Assembly (NCBI GenBank): GCA_019247495.1
Contig: JAFAOU010000132.1
Span: forward strand, 74,733 to 138,732
DNA length: 64,000 nucleotides
Origin: Acidobacteriota bacterium
Lineage (GTDB): Bacteria > Acidobacteriota > Thermoanaerobaculia > Gp7-AA8
Direction: 5' to 3'
The translations under genes and the position numbers were made by a program. Position 1 is the stretch's first letter; each line of letters begins with the position of its first letter. Positions 1 to 10,000 of this stretch are shown in pieces. A model generated the notes under the pieces. The model was not told where the DNA came from. It saw nothing but the letters and a program-made list of their open reading frames with translations, and made no database searches.

Positions 1-306
1 CTGCGCGGTGGACGCGATCTCCGCGGTCACATGCGTCACGTGAGCCGTCGGTTGACCGACCACGACGACCCAGGTCGGCGTCGTGAGTTGCTCCGGTAAT
101 GGAACGAGATCGCCGAGCGCGAGTCCGACTGAAGTCGGCAGAGTTGCTACCGGGCCTGCGAAGCTGAGGCGAAAGCGCGGTGGCAGGCCGCGTAGTTCGC
201 GGTGCTGGTTGGCGAGGCGAAACGCTTCCGCCGGACCGGCGATGTCGAGCAGCAATGAATGCGGCACGATGACGAAGAGGACGTCGATCAGCTGGGCGCG
301 GATCAT
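1..306 (-). CDS. GlxA-like transcriptional regulator (DJ-1/PfpI-type N-terminal domain), 5' part only; gene runs off the window
   Basis: Minus-strand ATG at 306-304. Hand translation MIRAQLIDVLFVIVPHSLLLDIAGPAEAFRLANQHRELRGLPPRFRLSFAG... stays open to position 1. The LLD.AGP.E.F..AN pattern is typical of the N-domain of GlxA/AraC-type regulators. Not in the ORF track because no stop lies in the window. Confidence 0.45.
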   Translation of the reverse strand, partial: MIRAQLIDVLFVIVPHSLLLDIAGPAEAFRLANQHRELRGLPPRFRLSFAGPVATLPTSVGLALGDLVPLPEQLTTPTWVVVVGQPTAHVTHVTAEIASTAQ

Positions 307-366
307 GAGAGCGCCGCGAAATCATCGCATAGCAATACCCGCGCGGCGTCAGCTCAAGCCGGTCGA

Positions 367-437
367 TGTCCGAAAGTGAATGAAAGTTGTCGGCTTGGGT
401 CGGAAACGACATCGAGCCCGCCGGTATCTTCGCCGTT
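367..437 (+). repeat. Copy 1 of a ~70-bp intergenic element (core TGTCCGAAAGTGAATGAAAGTTGTCG)
   Basis: Near-identical 26-bp core (1 mismatch) plus a weaker tail (..CCGCCGGTAtCTTCGC..) shared with 1026-1096. Lies upstream of the 529 CDS. Confidence 0.6.
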
Positions 438-528
438 ATCCTTGGCCGGACGGGCTCTCCCGGATCTCTGTTCGGGAACCTAGGACGATCAGTTAGCCCC
501 GGATTGCATTGCGAAGGGAGTAACGCTG

Positions 529-966
529 ATGAAAAGCCGCCCAGCCTTCAGAGAGCGCACCCGTAAACCTGGTTGGAAACACCTCATCGCAATCATGTCG
601 ATTGCGCTGCTGATCGGTTCCTCGTTTCCTGCACTTGCGGGACCGATTCCTTCGAAAGCCATCAGTTCGGTCTCGTTGGACAGCATCAATTCGGACCGCC
701 TGACCGCTTCCCGTGCCATCGAATCAGAAAAGCTAAGCGCACGCCTCCTGGCCTTCGGCTGCAGCAGGGATCAGGTGCGTTCGATTCTTGACCGGGCTAC
801 GTCAGAGGACAAGCATCAACTCGCGACACATCTCGAACAGCTACAGGCCGCCGGAGGAGCTCGGAGAGTGTGGTTGATTGTTGCGATCGTCGTCATTGTC
901 GTCGCTATCCTCGTTCTCGCCGCCCACAGCGCTTTTAGCCACCAGCACTTCATCAAAGGGAACTAG
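529..966 (+). CDS. Small secreted/membrane-anchored hypothetical protein (PA2779-family-like layout)
   Basis: 145-aa ORF with lower GC than its neighbours. Signal-like IAIMSIALLIGSSFPALAG, a helical middle and a C-terminal TM VWLIVAIVVIVVAILVLAA. The family resemblance is recalled from memory and is weak. Confidence 0.5.
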   Translation: MKSRPAFRERTRKPGWKHLIAIMSIALLIGSSFPALAGPIPSKAISSVSLDSINSDRLTASRAIESEKLSARLLAFGCSRDQVRSILDRATSEDKHQLATHLEQLQAAGGARRVWLIVAIVVIVVAILVLAAHSAFSHQHFIKGN

Positions 967-1025
967 TAAGGCTCGTTGCCATACATGCCCGCTGGCCCTG
1001 ATCCACCAATCACCAATCTACGAAT

Positions 1026-1096
1026 TGTCCGAATGTGAATGAAAGTTGTCGCCCTGCGCCGCGAACGGAAATGCGTCCGCCGGTAACTTCGCGGTG
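1026..1096 (+). repeat. Copy 2 of the ~70-bp intergenic element (core TGTCCGAATGTGAATGAAAGTTGTCG)
   Basis: About 55 of 70 positions match copy 1 by hand alignment. Lies about 90 nt upstream of the M13 peptidase start. Confidence 0.6.
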
Positions 1097-1116
1097 TTCA
1101 AAGCGGAGGCTACCCA

Positions 1117-3204
1117 ATGCAAATCGACGCACGCGACAACGCCGTTCCTCGCAATCTGTTTCTCGCTGTCGCGCTGCCGGTGGTCATGTCTTCGGGGCTG
1201 GCGTGGTGGCAAGTGTCGTCGTCCGCCGCACAAACGGCGGGCAGAGCATCGCGAATGGAGAGCACCGTGGACGCGAGCATCGTCCCTGGCGACGATTTCT
1301 TCGCGTATGCGAACGGCGGTTGGCTCAAAGCGACGACGATCCCAGCCGGCAGGCAGCGATGGGGAGCGCGCGACGAGCTCGAGGAACAGGCGCGGCGCCG
1401 CGTCGCCGAGTTGATCGACGCCGCCAGTGCAGCGCCAGCCGGCTCGGCGGCGCACAAGGTTGCGTACTTTCGCGCCGCGTATCTGAACGAGACCGCGATC
1501 GAAACCGGGGGACTCGCGTCCATCAAGCCATCGCTTGATCTCGTTGAAAACGTTTCGGACAAAGCGGGCCTCGCACGCCTGCTCGGTCGTGGAATGCGAG
1601 CCGACGTCGACCCGCTCGGATTCGGCGTCTACCAGTCATCGAGCGTTCTTGGACTCTCCGTTGAGCAGAGCATTCACGGCGAGAAGAACAACGTCGCGTT
1701 CCTGTTGCAAGGCGGCCTCGGTCTGCCGGACCGCGACGACTATCTCAGCGCGGACGCCGCAAAGGGCGCGCTTCGCGAGCGCTATCGCGCGTACATCGCG
1801 AAGATGCTCACGCTCGCCGGCTTCGACCGCGCGGATGAGCGGGCAGGCGCTGTGCTGGCGCTGGAGACTGCGATCGCACAAAGCCACGGCACGGCGGAGG
1901 CGTCGGCGAATGATCGCAATGCCGACAACGTCTGGACGCGTACCGATCTCACTCTGCGGAGTCCGGGGATGGACTGGACCGCGTTTTTCGATGCTGCGGG
2001 GCTGGACAGGCCGGGAGAATTCGTCGTCTGGCAGCCCACCGCCATCACGGGGTTGGCGGCGCTCGTCGCGTCACAACCGCTGGAGACCTGGAAGGACTAC
2101 CTCCGCTTCCACGCCATCCACGACGTCGCGGACGTGCTTCCGCGAGCATTCGCGAGCGAGGCGCTTGCGCTTCGCGCCGCAATCGACGGCGTGCCGCAAG
2201 CGTCGCGTGCCGAGCGCGCGCTCGCCGCTACGCAATCGGCGATGAGTGACGCAGTGGGCCGGATGTACGCCAAGCGCTACTTCCCCGCGCAACAGAAAGC
2301 ACGTCTGGAGCGAATCTCCGACAACGTCCGCGCCGCGCTCATCAAGCGCGTCGAGAGCGCGACGTGGATGTCGCCGGCAACCAAAACGAGTGCGCTCACG
2401 AAGCTGAAGACGTTGTATGTCGGCCTCGGATATCCCGATCAATGGGAGGATTACTCCTCGCTCATCATCGACCCGAACGATCCGCTCGGCAACCAGCGGC
2501 GCATTTCCGACCGCGCCCACCGCAATGCCCTTGCCCGCCTCGGGCAGCCGGTCGACCTGAAGTACTGGGCCATGCCGCCGCAGAAAGTCGGCGCGATTCT
2601 CGTGTTCCAGCAGAACTCCTACGTCATGGCCGCCGCCCTGCTGGAGCCTCCCAAGTACGATCACGCATCATCCGACGCCGCCGCCTACGGTTCCGTTGGT
2701 GCGCTCATCGGACACGACCTCACGCACTACATCGACACGCTCGGCGCCGATTACGACACGGACCACCGGATGCGACATTGGTGGACCGCCGAGGACCTGC
2801 AGCACTTTCAGACGCTGGCGCAGCCGCTCGTCGATCAGTTCTCTGCATACCAGCCACTCCCCGGCCTCTCGATCAACGGCAAGCTGACGCTCACCGAGAA
2901 CATCGCCGACCTCGGCGGCCTGGCCGCGGCGTTCGACGCGTATCGCAAATCGCTCGGCAGCAGAGCGACGGACACGAATTACGTGCGGTCTCAGGATCGC
3001 GAGTTCTTCATCGCCTACGCGCAGACCCAGCGGCGCAAGATCAGCGAGAGCGCGATGCGGAAACAGATCGCTACGAACGACCACGCGCCGGAGGATTACC
3101 GCGCCGCCACCGTTCGCAACCTCGATGCGTGGTACGACGCATTCGACGTTCACCCCGGCCAGCGGCTGTACCTCGATCCCTCGGCGCGCGTGCGGATCTG
3201 GTAA
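1117..3204 (+). CDS. M13-family (neprilysin/PepO/ECE-like) metallopeptidase homologue with variant zinc motif
   Basis: 695-aa ORF with a hydrophobic N-terminus. M13-type ENIADLGGL motif and C-terminal ...RVRIW. GALIGHDLTHYID sits where the HExxH motif belongs. Confidence 0.85.
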   Translation: MQIDARDNAVPRNLFLAVALPVVMSSGLAWWQVSSSAAQTAGRASRMESTVDASIVPGDDFFAYANGGWLKATTIPAGRQRWGARDELEEQARRRVAELIDAASAAPAGSAAHKVAYFRAAYLNETAIETGGLASIKPSLDLVENVSDKAGLARLLGRGMRADVDPLGFGVYQSSSVLGLSVEQSIHGEKNNVAFLLQGGLGLPDRDDYLSADAAKGALRERYRAYIAKMLTLAGFDRADERAGAVLALETAIAQSHGTAEASANDRNADNVWTRTDLTLRSPGMDWTAFFDAAGLDRPGEFVVWQPTAITGLAALVASQPLETWKDYLRFHAIHDVADVLPRAFASEALALRAAIDGVPQASRAERALAATQSAMSDAVGRMYAKRYFPAQQKARLERISDNVRAALIKRVESATWMSPATKTSALTKLKTLYVGLGYPDQWEDYSSLIIDPNDPLGNQRRISDRAHRNALARLGQPVDLKYWAMPPQKVGAILVFQQNSYVMAAALLEPPKYDHASSDAAAYGSVGALIGHDLTHYIDTLGADYDTDHRMRHWWTAEDLQHFQTLAQPLVDQFSAYQPLPGLSINGKLTLTENIADLGGLAAAFDAYRKSLGSRATDTNYVRSQDREFFIAYAQTQRRKISESAMRKQIATNDHAPEDYRAATVRNLDAWYDAFDVHPGQRLYLDPSARVRIW

Positions 3205-3208
3205 CGGC

Positions 3209-4000
3209 ATGCGTGTCACCGTCTGTGAACTCCCCCACGAGCCGGACGCCCTGGCCCGAGCATGGGCCGCGCTGTGCGAGCACACGGCGCGCCACTCATC
3301 CGAGCTGGTGCTGCTCCCGGAATTCGCGATGGTCGATCCGCTGTGGCAGGACGAGCACTTCGACGCTGCTCGTTGGTCGAACGCGGAGGCGATCGCCGAA
3401 GTCTGGCGCCATCGCCTCGCCGAGTTGACCGTCGCGAATGTCGTCGGTACGCGTCCCGTCACCATCGACGGCCGCCGCTTCAATCAGGGATTTCTCTGGT
3501 CAACCTACGATGTAAACCCATTACGCCGCAAGTTCTATCTTCCGGACGAACCGGGCAATTGGGAAGCGCGCTGGTTCGAGCGCGGCGATCCCGACTTCGG
3601 CGAATACTCGGCCGGCACATGCAAGTTCGGCCTCAACATCTGCACCGAGTTGTGGGCACTGGAGACCTATGCCACCTATGCCGCGCGAGGCGTGCAGGTC
3701 ATCCTCTCGCCACGCGCGACGGCGGCGGCGACGACGACGAAGTGGCTGTCGGTGGGCATCGTGGCAGCGGTGCGCTCCGGTGCCTTCAGCCTGTCGTCGA
3801 ACCGCGTCGATCCAACCGGTGCGTGCGGTGGCGTCGGATGGATCATCGATCCGTACGGAACCATCCTGGCGCGGACGACCGCCGACGCACCCTTCGCGAC
3901 GGTCGATATTGACCTCTCCGCCGCGGCCGCTGCGCGTGACGGCTATCCCGGCTACATCTTCAGCAGGAAACCGCAGGCCTCGGGTGTAGGCGTCTGGTAG
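3209..4000 (+). CDS. Carbon-nitrogen hydrolase (nitrilase superfamily) amidohydrolase
   Basis: MRVTVCELPHE... with Glu-Lys-Cys triad contexts LLPEF, RRKFYLP and NICTELW. The ATG at 3209 was chosen because it follows the M13 stop; the ORF-track start 3125 would overlap the M13 gene. Confidence 0.8.
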   Translation: MRVTVCELPHEPDALARAWAALCEHTARHSSELVLLPEFAMVDPLWQDEHFDAARWSNAEAIAEVWRHRLAELTVANVVGTRPVTIDGRRFNQGFLWSTYDVNPLRRKFYLPDEPGNWEARWFERGDPDFGEYSAGTCKFGLNICTELWALETYATYAARGVQVILSPRATAAATTTKWLSVGIVAAVRSGAFSLSSNRVDPTGACGGVGWIIDPYGTILARTTADAPFATVDIDLSAAAAARDGYPGYIFSRKPQASGVGVW

Positions 4001-4042
4001 TGAATGCCCCGAGACTCCGCCGTCATCGATTCATTCCGGTGT

Positions 4043-7000
4043 TCATTGGGCCGGGATATACGTTGGGTCGCCGCTCTTCTTATCGACTAGCGACAGGTAC
4101 GCCGTGGCTCTTCCTTCACCGCTTTTGACGCTGACGCTGATGCGCGCGTTGCGGGTGTCGGTGAGGCCGAATTTGCTGAACAGCAGAGAGTCGATTTGCA
4201 AAAACTGGTTCGGCGCGAGCTTCACTTCTAAGGGCTTCAAGGCTGGCGCCTTGAGATCGGCCAGGAAGACCGACACCTCCAGCGTCACCTCTTTTCCGCT
4301 CACCTCGGCGAAGCCGATGTGGGAGTGGTAGGTTTCCGATTCCTCGACCTGCAGGATCTGCAGAGGGCGTGACCCGGCCGATACCGTCTCCTCCAGCGTG
4401 ACGGCCGGGATGAATTCTCCGTATGTCGCCTTCCCGGTGTTGTTGTAGGTGCGTGCGGTAACGACCAGCTGTGCTGGGGCTGCGCTCGAAACATGCAGTG
4501 CGCCGGTGTCCTGCGAAATCCCGAAGACTGACGGGAGCACGCTGTTGAGCTGCCGCACCTCGCCAGGGGCGAGCGTCGTGGTCCGGATCGTCTCCGTGCC
4601 GCCGTTCGCCGGGTAGAAGACGAGCGTAAGAGCGGCTTCGTCTTTGCCGGAATTGAAAATGCGCACGTCCGTGTGCCAGTTGTCTGAGCCGCCGGTGCGG
4701 TCGGTCACGCTGGGGACGACCCACTTGCTGTGACCGGCGCCGCCGATGGTCGCCGGCGGAACCAGCAGCGCATCGTTATTAATGTCGTTCCCGATGACCG
4801 AGGCGTAAGCGGTGATTTTGCCGTCGCCCTTGACGACCTTCACTTCGATCCGGCCGTCGTCGAGAGCGATGATGCCGTGCTTCTTGAGGACTTCGTTGAG
4901 CTGCGAATACTGCCCGCCGGTCAGATCTTCGTTGAAGCCGGCGAGCTTCGTACCAGCCTCGTCGAAGATGCTCACCTGGATCGTGACCTCTTCGCCGGAA
5001 CCTTCGACCAGGCCCAGGTTCGTGCGGAACTTATCCGACTGGGCGATCTGCTGGAGTGAAATGACTTTTCCGCTGGAAACGTAGTTCGCGTATGGCACAA
5101 CCGGAACGTACTGTCCGAACGTGCCTCCCGTGGTTGCCACACTGAAGGTGCGCGAGGAAGCGAAGGTGGTTCTGGGTGCCAATCCGGTGGCAGGTGCGCT
5201 CGGCGCCGGCGTGTCGATCTGCGTCAGGGGACGGATCTGCAGCGTGCCGCTCGAGGTCAGGCCGTCAAGCCAAGTCTTCACGATGCTGTTGAGCGCAAGC
5301 GTGGCGCCTGACGCGATCGTGGTATTGAAACTCAGGCCCTTGGTAATGCCAGACTCGCCGCTAGGGATGAAGCTGATCTCATACTCGATCTCCTGGGCCG
5401 AGGTGTTGGTAATGCAGACATCCGACTGAAACTTAACCAGGAAATTCTGGACGTTGGCCACAGCAGGAATGGTCAGCGCATCGGGCGGCGGTGTGCTGTT
5501 CGCTTGTGTGGTCGTGCCGTTAAGGTTGTTGAGGGTAATCGACGTGGAGGTGCTGGGGTCCCCGCGCGTCCCCACTTTACCGGCCGCCCCGGCCGTGGTG
5601 ACTACGACACGGCCGGTGCTTGCGCCGGGCGGCAGGCCGGCGGTATGCGCAAACGCGTGTAGCGTCAGGCCTCCCGGCGGCACGACGCCGCTCGCGGGCG
5701 TAACCGTTATCCAGGAGGTCGTGGGCACGGCGGTGAAGCTCAGTCCCGCCAGCTCTGCGCCGATGCTCAGCGTGTACGGCACATCCGTCGGATCGCTCAT
5801 CAGCGCCACGCCTTCGCTTCCGTTCGGCGGCAGAACACTGACCACCGAGACCGGTGAGAACGGCCCCTTTCCCGGCGGAATGCATTTCGTGTCGACCGCG
5901 TGCACGCGTATGTAGCGCGCGGCCGGCACGCTGCCGTCGTTGGTGAGGGTGAACGGCAGTTGCCGCGTCGTGACCGTCGAGGTGGTCGTGACCCCCGGCG
6001 AGAATTGCGCATCGCGGGAAATCTCGATGACATAGTCCGTTGCGCCGCCGACGAACGTCCACTGGATCCGCCCGGGGACTCCGGAGGAAATCTGCGCCGG
6101 CGCGGTAACGGCCGGCGGCTCGAGCGGCGTACAACTCGGCAGCGCAGGAATGACGACGACGCTGCTCTCCACGGAGTCGAGCGCACCGCAACCTTCTGCA
6201 AGGCGGGCGCGCACCCGCCAGCGGCGCTCGTCCAGCGGCAAGGCGATACCGCCGGCATGCGGAGACGTGGTCGTCACCTTCAGCACACCATCGACGTAAA
6301 GCTCGTACGACGTCGCTCCGGGCACGCTCCGCCATTCGAACGACAAGGGCGATGTGAGGCGCTCTCCCTCGGCCGGCGCGATCAGCAGCGGGCTCTGAGT
6401 CGTACACTCGGGCGGCGGCGTGTAGGTGAAGGTTCGATGCGCCGACTCGGTCGCCGCGCAGCCTCCAAAGATCGCGCGCACGTACCACTCCAAAGGCCCC
6501 GGCGGCACGGTCGCGGTGTACGACGTTTCCGGTGCGGCATGAATCAGCGTCGGCGTGCCGCCTGCCGGTACCAGCCACAACTCGTACCCGATTGCCTTCG
6601 CCACGGCCTCCCAACTGAAAGCGACGGATGCGCTCGTGGACGCTGTGGCATTCGCCGGCGCGCTCAACTGCGGTGCTTCATCGGTGGCACAGTCCGTCGC
6701 CGGCAGGATCGTGAGGGCCAGATGCTTCGACTCGTGCGACGCGCAGCCATCGAACAACGTCTCGACGTACCAGTGGTGCGGGCCGGGCGGGATGACTTTC
6801 GTGACCGACCCGTCGAGCGTCCTGCCGAGGCTTTGAGGCGGCGCATCGCCCTGCTGCAGCCATAGCCGGTAGCCGCTGGCACCGTCGACGGTGCTCCAAA
6901 TGAAGGTGACGACCGCGCCCGCGGTGGTGGTGCCATCTGGCGGCACGGACGGTTCAGCCGTGCCCTCGCAGGTCTGCCGCGGTGTGACTTTGATCGAGGA

Positions 7001-10000
7001 GATCGCGTTGAGAGTGCAGCCGCCGCTGGTGACATTTACCGCGAGCGTGGCCGGGCCTTCGTCGCCAGCGGTGAAGGTGATGATGTTCGTACCGTCGCCG
7101 CTGTCGATGGTGCCGTTGCTGATCGACCAGTGGTACACCGCTCCGCCAAACGCCGTCGCCGTGGCCTCGGCGCGGGCGCCGGTGCGCAGCTCGGAGGGCG
7201 CTTCGATGACGATGGCCGGGCAGGTGCCGATGAGCGTCGTGGCGGATGCGCTGTTGTTCGACGAATTCGGATCGGCCGTCGATGACGCAGCGTTGACGGA
7301 CAGTTGCACCGATCCAGTTGCGGTGGGGGAAATGTCCCAGGCGCTATTGATCGTCGCGCTTTGTCCGGAGCTCAGAGCGCTGATGGTGCAGGGGAAGCTT
7401 CCGGCACACGCGCCGCTGTTCGCGTTGAAGGTCAGACCCGACGATGGCGCGACACTGACCGCGACGTTGTTGGCAACGTCCGGTCCGCTGTTCGTGACGG
7501 TGATGGTGTAGATCGCCCGCGATCCCGGCACTGTGCCTGGCGGGCCGGTGACCGCGATGCGGAGATCGGACGAGACGGTGATCGACGGCGACACCGACGC
7601 GGAGTTGTTCGCGCTGTTCGGATCGAACTCGTGTCCGCCGGCGAAGACGGTGATGGGTGCGGCGCCCGCGCCATTGGCCGTGACATTCAGGACGACCACA
7701 GCGGACGACAGATTCGTCAGAGCGCCGAGCGTGCAGACGAGATTCGGCGCGCCGCTGCAGATGGCCGGGCTGGCGCTGTTGAACGTGACGTTCGGCGGCA
7801 GCGTCGCGTTGAAGCTGACCGCTGTGGCATCCGATCCACCCTGGTTGATCAGGTTCACCGTGTACGCGAACGCGCTGCCGTTCGCGACGGACGGCGGCGT
7901 GCTGACCGACACCGCGAGGTCCGCCTGCACGCTCGTGTCGATCAACTGCAGATCGGTCGCGCTGTACGTCGGAATGAGCATGGCGCCGGAGCCGAAGTCG
8001 ACTCCATCGATGAGGGCGAACGTCGTGGAGTTCGGTCTGTCGCCGAACGTGAGGATCTGGAACGTGTTTCCGGCCGCCGGGACGAAGCTGTTGATCGTAG
8101 TGACGTTGAGCGTGCCGCCGAGAGTGACGTTGCCGCTCACGAGGAGGCGGTCATACTGCGTGCCCGCCGTTGTGCCGCCCAGCTGGATGTTCAGCACTCC
8201 GTCCGACTCCTGCACGTAGTCGCCGCTGATCGTCAGCGTTCCCGGCGAGGCACCGGGAGCGACGGTAGCGTGGTTGTCGACGGTGCCGGCGATCGTGCCG
8301 TTGCCGGCGAGCGAGCCGCCGTTGAGCGACAGCGTCACGGTCTGCAGAGTCGCGCCTGGCAGGACCTCGGTCGTGCCTGCGCTCTGTGTGTACGTTCCGC
8401 CGAAGTTCAATGTGCCTGCGCTGACCTGCACCAGACTCGTGTTCGCCAGCGGCGCGGCGAACTGCATCACGCCCGCGCCGGCGCTCTTCCTCAGCGTGCC
8501 GTTGTTGATGAAGGGCGGCGTGCCGGGAGTGACCAGGATGTTCTGCGCCGACTGGATATCGAACGTTCCGCTGTTCGTAATCGCAACGCCGTCGATGAGC
8601 ATGGCGCTCGATGAGGCGGTGAAGTTGATGGTCCCCTGGTTCAGGAGCGGACGGGCGAGCGTGGCGGCGTTCGTCCCCGGCATCGTGACGGTGGCGCCGG
8701 CCCCGAAGGTGAGCGCGCCGCTGCCGGCAATCGTGCCGCCGCTCCATGTCGACGGACCGCTGACCGTGACGTTCCCGCTGCCGGTGAGCGTGCCGCCGCT
8801 CAGGCTCAGCGGCGCAAGCGTGCCGCTGGTATTGAGCGCCACGCTGCCGCCGGCAACGTCGATCAACTTTCCGCTCCAGGCGTTGTTGAGCGCCGCCGTC
8901 CCGCCGCTGAATCGGAATTTCCCCGCTCCCGCGAACGGGCCGGAGATCGTGTGACCTCCGCCGTTGAAGTCGATCACGCTTGCTGCATTGCTGGCGGTGA
9001 AGGTGCCGCTGTGCGTACCGCCGCCGCCGAGCGATAGAAGCGCGCTGGTGGTGACCTGGCCGCTGTTATTCATCGGCGCGCTGATGGTGGCGCCCACGGT
9101 GTCGTTGACCGCGCCGATGTTGTCGATCGTCCCCGATCCGGCGATGACCGCACCGCTCACGTTCAGTGTGCCGTTGTTCTGGAGCGTTCGGCCGGTGAGC
9201 GTGACTGATCCGGGAATGCTGAAGGTCATTGCCGCCGGGTTGGCGGTTATCCCACTACCGCTCATCGTGCCGCCGGACCAGGTGCCGCCGTTGGTCAGCG
9301 TCAGCGTGCCGCTGCCGCCGAGCGTGCCGCCATTCATCGTGAACGCGCCGGCGGACGAGCTGGCGTTGAGCGTAGCCGTTCCGCCGCTGACGCTCAGCGT
9401 TCCGACGTTGACCGGGACGCTGACCGTGGCCGTGGCGCCGCTAAACGTCAGCGTGCCCGTACCGCCGATCGAGCCGCCGCCAATCACCGAGTGCGTGCCG
9501 CCTGTAAAGGAAAGGTTCCCCGGCGATGTGACGGTGAACGAGCCGCTGTGCGTGCCGCCGCCGGAGAGTGCCAGCGCGTTGCTGGTGGCGACCTGACCGC
9601 CGTTGTTCACCGCTGGGCTGATGGTGACGTTCGCCCCGGTGTTCAGGGTGCCGTTGTTGGCGATCGTGCCGGAACCGGCCACGTTGCCATTTACGTTCAG
9701 CGTGCCGTCGTTCTGGAGGGTGCTGTTGAGCGTGACCGGCGCGGAGATGCCGAGGCTTTTGGTGGCGGGGTTGATCGTCGTCCCGCTTCCGCTCATCGTG
9801 CCGCCGGACCAGGTGCCGCCGTTGGTCAGGGTGAACGTGCCGCTGCCGCCGAGCGTGCCGCCGGTCATAGTGAAGGCACCAGCCGAGCCGTTGCCGTTGA
9901 GCATGGCCGTGCCGGCGTTCATGTTCAGCGTGCTGACATTGACCGGGATCCCGACCGTTGCCGCGGCGCCACCGAACGTCAGCGTGCCCGTACCGCTGAT

